From: Pirellulales bacterium
GTDB taxonomy: Bacteria; Planctomycetota; Planctomycetia; Pirellulales; PALSA-1355
Assembly: GCA_963733035.1 (NCBI GenBank)
Contig: CAVTBU010000009.1
Coordinates: forward strand, 128,001 to 192,000
Reading direction: 5' to 3'
DNA length: 64,000 nt
Under the pieces are notes generated by a model that had not been told where the DNA came from, did not search any database, and worked only from the letters and a program-made list of their open reading frames with translations. The translations under genes and the position numbers were made by a program. Shown here in pieces: positions 19,071-29,559 of this stretch. How positions within the stretch are numbered: position 1 is the stretch's first letter; the number at the start of each line of letters is the position of its first letter.

Positions 19071-19747
19071 CTCCTCACCCCTCCTGGGAGAGCTGGTTGC
19101 CACGGCGGGCATCGCCAGCGAATGCGAACCGTATTTGTCTAATGTTCAGAACGCGCTTGGGTCGTCCACCGCTTCGAACGCCTCGGCCGGTCTTACCCCA
19201 TCCGACTTTGACGTTCGATCCCCGCGGCAAACCGCGAACCGGTGCAATGGCGCGAGGCGCCACCGCACTTTTCGTTGCACGTATCATCGTCCGCATGATC
19301 GGACGAATTGATGCCTCATGTCTTCGGCGGATCAACACTTACAACCGATACGCCCAGAATATGCGTTACGGCTGACGCAACCGTTACAGATTCCGCCGCA
19401 AGTAGTCTTCCGGCCGGACGCGTGAGATGCTGTCAACCCCCGGCGAGCAGCCGCAAGTCCAAGGGGCAAAAAGAGAAAGCTGCGTAATGCAGCCGTCTGT
19501 AAAGCTGGGGATCCTGGCGAAACTTTGGCGGCTCGTATGACTGTTCTCATTGTATGGGATATGGCGGTCGATCCAGTTCCAAGGGCTGTAACGGTTGTAC
19601 CCGGATCGAAGAAGGTGCCGCAGCCTTGGAAACAAGTTGAGTTGAGACCATCAGGTTGCCTGGTTCGCACAAATCTCGTGGTGTGCGGGCCAATTTGCAG
19701 GCTACCGAACCGACAGGCAGCGGGCATCAGTAGTAAAAGGGTGGGCC

Positions 19748-21097
19748 ATGGATGAACCGCACGGGATCTCGGGACGACGCCTCCCGCAGCGATCCGCGCG
19801 ACGAGTCTTCGCCGCAGGGCTACTAGTTCTGTGCGCGCTCAACGTGGCCCCGGCCCAGGGCGACGAGCCGGAGGGTCCCCGCGCCCTTTCGGCCGTCGCA
19901 ACAACACCCGCGGCACAGCCAATTTCGCTGCCGCCGAGGTCACACCGCCTGCCGCCGGTCGAAGCGTCAACGACGTCCGGGTTTGCGAGCTACGCCGCCG
20001 GCCAATCGGCGCCACTGTTCGCCGACCCGTACGACGGCCAGCAGGTCAACTACATAACCGCGGCACCCGGCGGGCCGGCGGCTTCGACGTCAAATCCGCT
20101 CACGGCCCTGACTCCCGGTCAGCCATTGATTCGTTTTTCGGGCATGCAAGATCCAGACGCTCCGCGTCCGCCGGCCGAGAAGAACGCGGATTCCGCCGCC
20201 GAAGGCGGCCCAGATACGGAAGCTGGCGAGGGGGCCGAACAAACCTACGGACAAGCGCCGACCAACAACTCGCTGCAGTTTCTGCGCGACGTCGACGTCT
20301 TGCTCGCGCCTGGCAAGTGGCAGTTCGATACCGGCTTCGTCTACACGCACTTCTCCAATAACTTTCCCGTCGCCCTCATCAACGGTGGAGGAGACGTGGT
20401 GGGCGTGGAACAAGGCGAGGTACGGCGCCGGTTGCTCTACACTCCGCTGGCCTATCGCTACGGCATAACGAACAACATTCAGTTCTTCTCCTTCATGCCA
20501 GTCGGGTTTTCCAACACGCAGTTCTCGTCGCTCAACACCAGCGAAACCACGAACGTCAGCGGTTTGGGCGATCTGACGGCCGGCGTGAGCATCCACCTGA
20601 TCAAAGGAGAAGACCAGATGCCGGACGTGATCGGCACGGTCGGCTTCACGGCGCCGACCGGAAAGTTTTCGACGCCGATCTTTGGTCTTGTGCCGGGATC
20701 CAATCTGGGCCAGGGATACTGGGCCTACAACGCGCAATTGCTGTTCATTAACCGTTACGACCCGGTGATCGTGTTTTACGGAGGTGGTTACCGGCACTTG
20801 TGGGAGCGCAGCTTCAACGGTCAGCTGATCGCGCCAGGCGAACAAGTGAACTACATGCTTGGCGTCGGCTTCGCCGTCAACGATCGCGTTACACTGAGTT
20901 CCACGTTCCAGGGCTACTACATTACAAATACGTTCATCAACGGCTCGAACCTTCGCGGCTCGAACCTGGAGCCGTTGAGCATGCGATTCGCTGCAACGAT
21001 CGTGCGAAACTGCCGAATTATCGAACCATTCGTGCAATTAGGGGCGACGAATTCCGCCCCGCGGGTCAACGTAGGCGTGGTCGTAACGTTCTACTAG
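19748..21097 (+). CDS. FapF-like outer-membrane transporter (COG4313/MetA-pathway-type beta-barrel)
   Basis: Signal and low-complexity linker, then GKWQFDTGFVY, GLGD, MPDVIGTVGFTAPTGK, GQGYW, RYDPVIVF, GVGFAVNDRVTLS, LGATNSAP and a C-terminal Tyr. These match FapF motifs as I recall them, in the same order. Confidence 0.75.
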   Translation: MDEPHGISGRRLPQRSARRVFAAGLLVLCALNVAPAQGDEPEGPRALSAVATTPAAQPISLPPRSHRLPPVEASTTSGFASYAAGQSAPLFADPYDGQQVNYITAAPGGPAASTSNPLTALTPGQPLIRFSGMQDPDAPRPPAEKNADSAAEGGPDTEAGEGAEQTYGQAPTNNSLQFLRDVDVLLAPGKWQFDTGFVYTHFSNNFPVALINGGGDVVGVEQGEVRRRLLYTPLAYRYGITNNIQFFSFMPVGFSNTQFSSLNTSETTNVSGLGDLTAGVSIHLIKGEDQMPDVIGTVGFTAPTGKFSTPIFGLVPGSNLGQGYWAYNAQLLFINRYDPVIVFYGGGYRHLWERSFNGQLIAPGEQVNYMLGVGFAVNDRVTLSSTFQGYYITNTFINGSNLRGSNLEPLSMRFAATIVRNCRIIEPFVQLGATNSAPRVNVGVVVTFY

Positions 21098-21153
21098 TCG
21101 CCCCGCCAGTCGAGCATGTCAGGTCTTTCCAGCAGCGAATAAGGGAGCTTCGC

Positions 21154-21921
21154 ATGGCCGCACAATTCGCTCATCGCTGGGTCTGGCACCCACGAAACAT
21201 CCGCAACACTTGTCTGGCGTGGCTGGTGGCGTGTTTCCTGTCCGCATTGGCGGCTCCGGCTTGCGCTCAATTCAACCAATACACGCGGGCTCCTATCCGA
21301 AACCCAGATCGAATCATTCGCGAATACGTTTGGAGCTACAAGGAACTGCGCAAGCGCCAGGTGGTAATGCAGAAGCTCGACTACTCATGCGGCGCCGCGT
21401 CGCTGGCAACGATCTGCCGTTACTATTGGGGCGATAATATCACGGAGGAGACTTTTCTGCGGCTGATTCCGAAGCTGAAGCTCACCGCCGCACAAATCAA
21501 GGATCGCATTGAGAACGGACTCACGCTGACCGATCTGCGCGACATGGCCAACCTGGCGGGTTACCAGTCGTCGATGGGGAAAGTGAAGTTCTCGGAACTG
21601 GCCGAGGCCAAAGTGCCGGTAATTGTCGGTATCACGGTGCGCAAGCACGATCACTTTGCCGTCTTTCGCGGCACCGACGGCTATTACGTCTATCTGGCCG
21701 ACCCCATTCGCGGCAATATCCGCGTGGTGGCCGACACGTTTGTGCGGGAATGGCAACAGAATGCGATCCTGGTCGTCGCCAAGCCCGGCGCGAAGGTAAA
21801 GGAGGTCAATCCGATGGGCGTGCGGTTCCCGGAAATCTTCCGTGGGCTGCTGAACGACCAGACGGTGAACCGCAACTGGACAATGAGCACGGTTCCCAAC
21901 CCGGTCCGCATCGGACAGTAG
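21154..21921 (+). CDS. Stand-alone secreted C39 family cysteine peptidase (FapD-like)
   Basis: Signal-like segment. SYKELR...QKLDYSCGAASLATI (Gln/Cys), DHFAV (His), LADPIRG (Asp), F...W. No ABC transporter domains. Confidence 0.85.
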   Translation: MAAQFAHRWVWHPRNIRNTCLAWLVACFLSALAAPACAQFNQYTRAPIRNPDRIIREYVWSYKELRKRQVVMQKLDYSCGAASLATICRYYWGDNITEETFLRLIPKLKLTAAQIKDRIENGLTLTDLRDMANLAGYQSSMGKVKFSELAEAKVPVIVGITVRKHDHFAVFRGTDGYYVYLADPIRGNIRVVADTFVREWQQNAILVVAKPGAKVKEVNPMGVRFPEIFRGLLNDQTVNRNWTMSTVPNPVRIGQ

Positions 21922-22079
21922 GTCAATTGCCCGCCCGGCGACGGGCTTCCGGCAAGGACATCCGTGGAACGACGTCGCGACGCTTGCGGCAATTTGGCCA
22001 CAAACGCGGGATGCAATTTCTTGACCAGCGAGCTACGATTGAGCAGCGGCGGGGTCGCCAGGGTCGTAAAGGAAATCCC

Positions 22080-22778
22080 ATGTCCGAGATGTCCGAGCCA
22101 AGTTCGTCGGAATACCACGGTGAGCGCCTGGAGTTCTTAACGGTTCTGGGGCTGGCTCCGCCGGTTACCGAGGAGGACGTCAAGCAGGCATACCTCGTCA
22201 AAGCCCGCACCGCGCACCCGGACCAGGGAGGAGACGTCGAGCAGTTCAAGCGGCTTCAAGAAGCGTTCGAGCAGGCTACGGAGTACGCCCGTTTCAAGTC
22301 GAGCCGCATGCAATGGCTCAGCCGGTGGGTCGAGCAATATGCCGAGCAAGACAAGTTCATCGAGCGCATCAAAGGCCTGGGGGGGCACGTCGAGGTGAAG
22401 GCCTCGGACCCGATGACCCGCTCGATCGGGCCCGACTTTGCCGTCGTGCTCGACAAGCTGACGGGCATCTCGCTGGAAGGTCCTAACATCGACGACGCCA
22501 CGATGGCGGAACTCGTGAGCCAGAAGCGGATGCTCGCCGGCCTGCACAAACTAGCACTCCTCGATACGTCCGTCACCTACGTTGGTCTTCTCAAAGTTCG
22601 AGAGTTGCAAAACCTTCGCGAGTTGGATTTGAGCGGCACGGAAGTCGACCCCGCCACGCTTGAGCCAGTGCTGCGAGAACTGCGCTCGCTCGAAGTGCTG
22701 AAACTCGACCGGACCGGCATTGGCTGGCCGGCACGGGTGAAGTTGCGAGTGCGGTATCGCAACTTGACGATCTCCTAG
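22080..22778 (+). CDS. DnaJ-domain protein with C-terminal leucine-rich repeats
   Basis: VLGL..VKQAY..ARTAHPDQGG (HPD motif). LRRs LRELDLSGTEV and LEVLKLDRTGI. Confidence 0.8.
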   Translation: MSEMSEPSSSEYHGERLEFLTVLGLAPPVTEEDVKQAYLVKARTAHPDQGGDVEQFKRLQEAFEQATEYARFKSSRMQWLSRWVEQYAEQDKFIERIKGLGGHVEVKASDPMTRSIGPDFAVVLDKLTGISLEGPNIDDATMAELVSQKRMLAGLHKLALLDTSVTYVGLLKVRELQNLRELDLSGTEVDPATLEPVLRELRSLEVLKLDRTGIGWPARVKLRVRYRNLTIS

Positions 22779-22816
22779 CCGCGGCCGCCAGTCGTAGCCG
22801 CAAGGATTCTCCCACC

Positions 22817-24859
22817 ATGAAACGCTACCTTGCGATTGCCGTTTCTTTCTTGCTCGCTTCGAGTTTTTATACATCGGTTTGGGCGGCAGAAGCGCTACGG
22901 CCGCCCGCTGTTCCGCTGGTCACAATCGATCCCTACTTCAGCTGCTGGTCCATGGGTGACGAGCTTGCCGGCGACTGGCCCAAGCACTGGACCGGCCGAC
23001 CACACGCGATGACCGGCCTGGTGCGTGTTGACGGCCAGGCGTGGCGGTTCATGGGGGCCGCACCCGAGGTAAAGCGATTGGCCGATCAACTTTCGGTGGA
23101 CGTTCAGGCCACGCAGACGGCATATCGCTTTCGAGCGGGGGACGTGGACCTGACCGTCACCTTTACTTCGCCGCTACTGTTGGAGGACTTGGACCTGCTG
23201 TCGCGCCCGGCCAGTTACGTGACGTTCAAAGTCACTGCCAACGACGATGAAGCACACGCCGTGCAGCTATATTTCGACGCAACCGCCGAATGGTGCGTCA
23301 ATGATCCGCGGCAGCAGGTCGAGTGGAGCCGTGTCGCGGTGTGCGGGTTGGACGTGATGCGAGTTGGTTCGGTGGATCAGAAAGTCCTCCAGACCAAGGG
23401 GGACAACGTACGCATCGATTGGGGATATTTCTACGTGGCCGTGCCTGAGAAGCAGGCCACCTGCGTAGTCGCCTCGGACAAGACGGCGCACGGCGCGTTC
23501 GTCGCTGGCAATCCGCTACCGGCCCAAGACGATCCGGATCAACCGCGGATGGCTCGCGATCGTTGGCCGGTGCTGGCGGCCGAGTTCGAGCTGGGCAAGG
23601 TCGGCCAGACGCCCATTCAACGGCATGTGATCTTGGCCTATGACGATCTCGAGGCGGTGGAGTACTTTGGTCAGCCCCTAAAAGCGTGGTGGCGCCGAGG
23701 AAAAAATGCCGCGGCCGAATCGATGCTGGCCGCGGCCGAGCGAGACTACGTGGCGGTGCTCCAGCGCTGTGACGTATTTGATGCGCAACTTGCCGAGGCG
23801 GCCGCGGAGGCCGGCCGCGATGAATATGCCGCGCTTTGCCGGTTGGCATATCGCCAGGCAGTTGCCGCCCACAAGTTGGTGGCCGGACCGGATGGGCAAC
23901 CGTTGTTCTTTTCGAAAGAAAATTTCTCAAACGGTTCGATCGGTACGGTGGACGTCACGTATCCGTCGGCGCCGCTGTTCTTGATCTACAATCCCGTGCT
24001 CGTGCGGGGGATGGTCGAACCGATCTTTCACTATGCCGAGCGTGGCGGCTGGACGAAACCGTTCGCCGCGCACGACGTGGGAACCTATCCGCTGGCCAAT
24101 GGGCAAACCTATCCCGAGGACATGCCAGTTGAAGAGTGCGGCAACATGATCATCTTGGCCGCCGCCCTCGCCCGCGCCGAAGGCAACGCTGATTATGCCG
24201 CGAAACATTGGGAAACATTGACGGGGTGGGCCCGGTATCTCAAGAGCGAGGGATTCGACCCGGCCAACCAACTCTGCACCGATGATTTTGCCGGACACCT
24301 GGCCCACAACACCAACTTGTCGATCAAGGCCATCGTGGCACTGGGTTGTTACGCTCAACTGGCCGACAAATTGGGGCACAAAGATGTCGCGCGGGAATAC
24401 TCCGCACTGGCCCACCAACTCGCGGCAAAGTGGTCGAAACAGGCCTCCGATGGCGATCACACGCGGCTGACGTTCGACCACCCCGAAACCTGGAGCCAAA
24501 AGTACAATCTGGTGTGGGACAAAATGCTCGACCTGAACCTATTTTCGCCCGAGATTGCCGATCGCGAGATCGCCTACTATCTAACGCGACAAAATGAATT
24601 TGGGCTGCCCCTCGATAGCCGCAAGACGTATACGAAATCGGACTGGATCATGTGGACGGCGGCCATGGCCGATTCGCGCGACGATTTTGCCGCGCTCGTC
24701 CACCCTGTTTTTCGCTACGTGAACGAAACGCCAACGCGCATTCCGTTGAGCGATTGGCATGAGACGACCAACGGCAAGGCGGTTGCCTTTCGCGCTCGAA
24801 GCGTCGTCGGCGGTTACTTCATGAAGCTATTGGCCGAACGTTGGCAGGGAGAACAGTAG
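22817..24859 (+). CDS. Secreted glutaminase A (GtaA)/DUF4965-DUF5127 family protein
   Basis: RPPAVPLVTIDPYFSCWS, KENFSNGSIGTVDVTYP, HDVGTYP, MPVEECGNM, QLCTDDFAG, WSQKYNLVWD, YTKSDW, ARSVVGG. Confidence 0.85.
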   Translation: MKRYLAIAVSFLLASSFYTSVWAAEALRPPAVPLVTIDPYFSCWSMGDELAGDWPKHWTGRPHAMTGLVRVDGQAWRFMGAAPEVKRLADQLSVDVQATQTAYRFRAGDVDLTVTFTSPLLLEDLDLLSRPASYVTFKVTANDDEAHAVQLYFDATAEWCVNDPRQQVEWSRVAVCGLDVMRVGSVDQKVLQTKGDNVRIDWGYFYVAVPEKQATCVVASDKTAHGAFVAGNPLPAQDDPDQPRMARDRWPVLAAEFELGKVGQTPIQRHVILAYDDLEAVEYFGQPLKAWWRRGKNAAAESMLAAAERDYVAVLQRCDVFDAQLAEAAAEAGRDEYAALCRLAYRQAVAAHKLVAGPDGQPLFFSKENFSNGSIGTVDVTYPSAPLFLIYNPVLVRGMVEPIFHYAERGGWTKPFAAHDVGTYPLANGQTYPEDMPVEECGNMIILAAALARAEGNADYAAKHWETLTGWARYLKSEGFDPANQLCTDDFAGHLAHNTNLSIKAIVALGCYAQLADKLGHKDVAREYSALAHQLAAKWSKQASDGDHTRLTFDHPETWSQKYNLVWDKMLDLNLFSPEIADREIAYYLTRQNEFGLPLDSRKTYTKSDWIMWTAAMADSRDDFAALVHPVFRYVNETPTRIPLSDWHETTNGKAVAFRARSVVGGYFMKLLAERWQGEQ

Positions 24860-24899
24860 GCGACTGAGCGTCCCCTAGCGAGGCTTGGCGGGCCCAATC

Positions 24900-26286
24900 T
24901 CACAACAGCGTCCCCTGCAAGAAGAACAGGGCAACGGTAAAGTAGATCACAAGTCCCGTCACGTCGACCAATGTGGCCACGAACGGTGCCGAGGACGTGG
25001 CCGGATCGAAGCCCAGATACTTCAACAAGATCGGTAACATCGCGCCGGAGATGGTACCCCACATCACGATGCCGACCAACGTGACGGCCAGCGTCATTCC
25101 GATCAGATGCCAATGGGGGCCGTAGAAATCGGAAAACATGCTCCATAGGGCGATGCGCAAAAAGCCGATTGTGCCAAGGATCAGCCCGAGCATGAATCCC
25201 GACGCAACCTCCCGACGCAATACGCGCCCCCATTCCTGAACGCGAAACTCACCGAGCCCGAGTCCACGAACGATCAGCGTGGCAGCCTGCGATCCCGAGT
25301 TGCCGCCGCTGGAAATTATCAGCGGCACGAAGATCGCCAATACCGGAGCGACGGCAATCAGTCGCTCGTAGTGCCCCATGGCGCTTGCGGTGAGTAATTC
25401 GCCCATGAACAGCAGCACCAGCCAGGGCGCACGTTTGCGGACCATGATCGCCAGCGGCGTGGTGATGTAAGGTTCCTCGAGGGCTTGCACGCCACCCATC
25501 TGCTGGATTTCGCGGGTGGCTTCCTCATCGGCCACGTCGAGCACGTCATCGACCGTAACGATGCCAACCAGCAGTCCATCGTCATTGGTAACTGGTAGCG
25601 CCGTGCGGTCGTACTTCCGAAACAGGTCGACAGCCTCCGCCTTCTCGTCAGCGACGCGCAGGCAGACGAAGCTGCGGTCCATCAGGCTGTGAACCGTGGC
25701 CGCGGGAGGCGCCAGCAGGACCTCGCGCATACGAATGTCGTCGATCAGTTTGCCGTGCTCGTCGATGACGTAGATGGCGTTGAGCGTTTCGCTATCCTTG
25801 CCGTAGGTACGCACAAAATCGAGTACGTGCTCGACACTCCAACGCTCCTTGACCGCGATGTAGTCAGGTGTCATCAAACGGCCCACGCTATCCTCGGGAT
25901 ACGCCAGCAAGGATTCGGCCACCTTGCGTTCGTCCGGCGACAGCAGGGTGAGCAGGCGTTGCTCCCGATCGGGTGGCAAATCTTCGAGGAACCGCGTGCG
26001 GTCGTCCGGGGCCATGCCGTTGAGGATCTTGGTAACCTCACCAATTGGCAGCGACTCGACCAGATGGCGCTGCACATCGATCTCAAGATAGGCGAACGTA
26101 TCGGCAGCCAGTTCCTTGGCCAGGGCCCGGAAAACGAACGCCTGTTCCTCGGGCTCCAAATCCTCAAGTAGCACGCACCAGGTCGGGCGGAATCCATTCG
26201 CTGAGCACCTCATGGAGCGTGGTGACGTCCTTCGAGACGATGAGTTCGCGAATTTCCGGCAGCACGAGTTTCTCGAGCATGCTCAT
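24900..26286 (-). CDS. mgtE: Magnesium transporter MgtE; apparent frameshift near 26178
   Basis: YPEDSVGRLMT, CBS pair, GIVTVDD, SGGNSGSQ, DPATSSAPFVATLVDVTG. The N-terminus MSMLEKLVLPEIRELI lies in another frame. Confidence 0.9.
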
Positions 26287-26498
26287 GGGTCGACGTCCTG
26301 GGCCAGCGCCATCGAAAAACGGGTCGGGCAAAAACTAGCATCAATCTAGCAATTCTCCGGGCAGGGGAGCGTAACGGCAAGCGACGATTTCGAGATCCCG
26401 CTTGTGAAGTTGATCGGATAGGGTTGCTGATCAGGCCCCGGTGCCGATAGGATTCTCTGCAGTCGACTTTTTCGCCTACAAAGTTTCGGAAACGCACG

Positions 26499-27437
26499 AT
26501 GCCACCGACGCTCGACATGCACCCCGCTTCTCCGGACGAACTGGCCTCGGCCCACCGCAACGTTTTCGACATCTGGAGCAAAGGTCTGCCGCTGGAGGAG
26601 CACGTTCGCTCGCGAACCGAGTCACCCAAGCACCGGCTGGCCACCTGGTATGTCGGCTGCGTGGACGGTCAGGTCGTCGTTTCGCTCGGCTGCTACCCCC
26701 TCGCGTTCTATTTCCGCGGCCAGCAAGTACCGGGGTTTTCGATCGGCTCGGTATACACGGTGCGAGAGTTTCGCGGCCACGGTTTTGCCCCCCAGTTGAT
26801 CGACTGGGCCGAACGCCACGAGCAGCAGCGAGGCGCGGTCATCAGCCTGCTCTATTCCGATATCAATCCAGACTACTACGCGCAGCTGGGCTACCACTTG
26901 TGTCCGTCGCTCGAGGGCTGGCTCGACCCGCGAGACTACTCGTCACCAGTTACACCCGCGCACGAGCTGGTGCCGATTTCGGCCGGCGAGCAGCTGCCAA
27001 CCCTGATGCGACTCTACGCGGACTATCACGGCAGCATGCCGTTGGCGATCGCCCGCGACGCATCGTACTGGCAGGCCCTGCTGGAACGATTCACCGACGA
27101 CCGTTTCTTTGCCTTCGAGGACCGCAATGCGGGCTGGCACGGCTACGTGCGCATTGGTCAAAGCGGCCAGGCGCTGCGGATCACGGATTACGCGCTGTCG
27201 GACCAGTCGCTCGAACTAGCCGAGGAATTCTATGCCGCCGGGATCGCGCTGGCCCGCTCCGAAGGCGCCGAACGATTTGGCGGCTGGCTGCCCGACCATC
27301 CCTCGGCGATGCAGTTCTTTGACCTCACGCCCCGAAAAACCGAAATCACGATGGTGAAATCACTGGACGCCGCCCACCCCATCGACGACGAAATGGCCGA
27401 ATTGGCGAGCCGCTTTTGCGAGATTGACCACGTGTGA
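26499..27437 (+). CDS. GNAT family N-acetyltransferase (Eis-like)
   Basis: IGSVYTVREFRGHGFA acetyl-CoA motif and LYSDINPDYYAQLGY. Confidence 0.8.
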   Translation: MPPTLDMHPASPDELASAHRNVFDIWSKGLPLEEHVRSRTESPKHRLATWYVGCVDGQVVVSLGCYPLAFYFRGQQVPGFSIGSVYTVREFRGHGFAPQLIDWAERHEQQRGAVISLLYSDINPDYYAQLGYHLCPSLEGWLDPRDYSSPVTPAHELVPISAGEQLPTLMRLYADYHGSMPLAIARDASYWQALLERFTDDRFFAFEDRNAGWHGYVRIGQSGQALRITDYALSDQSLELAEEFYAAGIALARSEGAERFGGWLPDHPSAMQFFDLTPRKTEITMVKSLDAAHPIDDEMAELASRFCEIDHV

Positions 27438-27558
27438 TCGGGCCGCGGCACGTACGGTCGCGCCGGCCGTGCAATTCGACAAATCCTTGGATTGAGCCTA
27501 GGATGGTCTCGAATAATTGCCATCGACCTGCCCCTGTCTCCTGCTGGAGGTCACTCGG

Positions 27559-28956
27559 ATGCGGCGCTGCTTGCTCGGTCTCGGCATGGTGTGTGTGCTG
27601 TTTGGCTCCTCTTCGCAGGCAGCGGAGGCCAACAAACCGTCGCGGCCGAACGTGCTGTTCATTGCCGTCGATGATCTGAACCATTGGGTCGGCTATCTGC
27701 ACCGCAATCCGCAGACGATCACGCCGAACATCGATCGGCTTGCGAGCCGCGGAGTACGGTTCACGCGGAGCTACTGCGCGGCGCCCAGTTGTAATCCCTC
27801 GAGGGCGGCACTGATGTCGGGCCTGCGCCCCTCGACGACAGGTGTCTACGAAAACAACGACGACTGGCGGCCGCACATCCCGCTCGATCTGCCGCTCACC
27901 ACTACATTTCGCAAGGCCGGTTACTACGTCGCCGGATCCGGAAAGATCTACCACGGGTCCTATCCGCGGCGAGAGGAATGGGACGACTACCTGGAGTCGG
28001 AGGGAAAGGATCCCAAGCCGCTCGGCAATACGGGCGTCGGCGGTATCCGCTTCGCGCCGCTCGACTGCGACGACCAGGATCTGCGCGAATGGCGGATTGT
28101 CGATTACGGCATCGAACAACTCAAACGCGATCACGACAAGCCCTTTTTTCTGGCCGTTGGACTGCACAAGCCGCACATGCCCTGGAACGTGCCGCGGAAG
28201 TACTACGACATGCATCCGCTGGACCAGATCGTCTTGCCGAAGCATATCGCGGGCGACTTGACCGACATTCCGGCGGCTGGCGTGGCGATGGCCAAACCCG
28301 AGGGCGACCATAAGAGAATGCTCGAGTCTGGCAGGTGGAAGGAAGCCGTGCAGAGCTACCTGGCTGCCATTACGTATGCCGATGCGATGATTGGACGCTT
28401 GCTCGATGCGCTCGATGCCAGCTCTTATCGGGATAACACCATCGTCGTCTTATGGGGCGATCACGGCTGGCACCTGGGGGAAAAGGAGCATTGGCGAAAG
28501 TTCGCCCTCTGGGAAGAAGCGACGCGTGCCCCGCTGATTTGGGTCGTGCCCGGGGTTACTCAAGCCAACACGGTTTGCGAGCGCACGGTTGATTTCATGA
28601 GCATTTACCCCACCTTGACGGATCTATGTGGCATAGACACACCCGAACATGTCGAAGGCAAGAGCATCCGGAAGCTGCTGGCGGCACCGTCGGAGCCGTG
28701 GAATCCGCCGGCGCTGACGACGCACGGGCGAAACAATCACGCGGTACGCAACGAGGACTGGCGTTACATTCGCTATGCCGACGGCAGCGAGGAGCTTTAC
28801 GACGAGACGACCGATCCCTACGAGTGGAAAAACCTGGCCACAAGCGCCGATCAGAGTGACCGCAAGGCTCAGCTGGCCCAATACCTGCCGAAGCAGAACG
28901 TGCCCGACGTCTCGGACGCTGCGAAGCGTAAGAGACCTGGCAAAGCCGTCCAGTAG
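27559..28956 (+). CDS. Secreted sulfatase (S1; choline/iduronate sulfatase-like)
   Basis: PNVLFIAVDDL, CNPSRAALMSG (CxPxR), GKIYH, KPHMPW, GDHGWHLGEK. Confidence 0.92.
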   Translation: MRRCLLGLGMVCVLFGSSSQAAEANKPSRPNVLFIAVDDLNHWVGYLHRNPQTITPNIDRLASRGVRFTRSYCAAPSCNPSRAALMSGLRPSTTGVYENNDDWRPHIPLDLPLTTTFRKAGYYVAGSGKIYHGSYPRREEWDDYLESEGKDPKPLGNTGVGGIRFAPLDCDDQDLREWRIVDYGIEQLKRDHDKPFFLAVGLHKPHMPWNVPRKYYDMHPLDQIVLPKHIAGDLTDIPAAGVAMAKPEGDHKRMLESGRWKEAVQSYLAAITYADAMIGRLLDALDASSYRDNTIVVLWGDHGWHLGEKEHWRKFALWEEATRAPLIWVVPGVTQANTVCERTVDFMSIYPTLTDLCGIDTPEHVEGKSIRKLLAAPSEPWNPPALTTHGRNNHAVRNEDWRYIRYADGSEELYDETTDPYEWKNLATSADQSDRKAQLAQYLPKQNVPDVSDAAKRKRPGKAVQ

Positions 28957-28978
28957 GCGGGAGTGTGGAGGGCAAAGC

Positions 28979-29542
28979 ATGGAATCAGTTGTGCCGCCTC
29001 CGGTGCCGCCTTTGTCGATCAAGGAACCTCCTGACCGGTTGACGATCCGGCGATTGCTGTTGCTCATGGTTGGTACAGCAGTGGGATTGACTCTGTTTGC
29101 TCCGCGGCTGGGGCCAAATGATCTGACGAGAACGGAAAGCTGGCGCGAGGTAAGCTTCTCAGTGATCATCGGCCTGACGCTGCCGGCTCCTCTGTTTGCA
29201 ATCCGATACCGCTTCAGACGTCGGGGTCTCGGCTCGGGGGGATTGTTTGCGCTTGCGATCGGCCTGGGCGTGTGGCTGATGTTGCCAGCAGCTCTGATCG
29301 ACTTGATCGAGCGGATGCGCTCTCCCGCGAACATGCGAAACGCCGTCGGGGCGTGCCTCTACTTCGTGATGCCGATGATGGGGCTGTGGTACCTGCTGGC
29401 CGGTTTGGCATCGGGCCATGTGAGCCGACGCCTAGTCAGCCCGGGCACACCTTGGATCGACCGATACGGCTATCTCCTGGCCCTGCTCTGGACACCCCTC
29501 GGTGCCTGGCACGTCGTCGATGTCTATCGCGACGTGTTGTAG
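28979..29542 (+). CDS. Hypothetical membrane protein (about 5 TM segments)
   Basis: LTIRRLLLLMVGTAVGL N-terminus typical of planctomycete membrane proteins. GGAGG RBS. Confidence 0.6.
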   Translation: MESVVPPPVPPLSIKEPPDRLTIRRLLLLMVGTAVGLTLFAPRLGPNDLTRTESWREVSFSVIIGLTLPAPLFAIRYRFRRRGLGSGGLFALAIGLGVWLMLPAALIDLIERMRSPANMRNAVGACLYFVMPMMGLWYLLAGLASGHVSRRLVSPGTPWIDRYGYLLALLWTPLGAWHVVDVYRDVL

Positions 29543-29559
29543 GTGGCGGCAGTTGCTTT

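Noticed and set aside
21154..21921. C39 peptidase as part of a bacteriocin ABC exporter (PCAT) or RiPP cluster
   Set aside because: No ABC/TM domains, HlyD or modifying enzymes nearby. The peptidase and substrates have Sec-type signals, which fits a FapD-like role better.
26170..26190. Programmed ribosomal frameshift regulating mgtE (and other split genes)
   Set aside because: No slippery heptamer, and similar breaks in seven unrelated genes point to assembly error.
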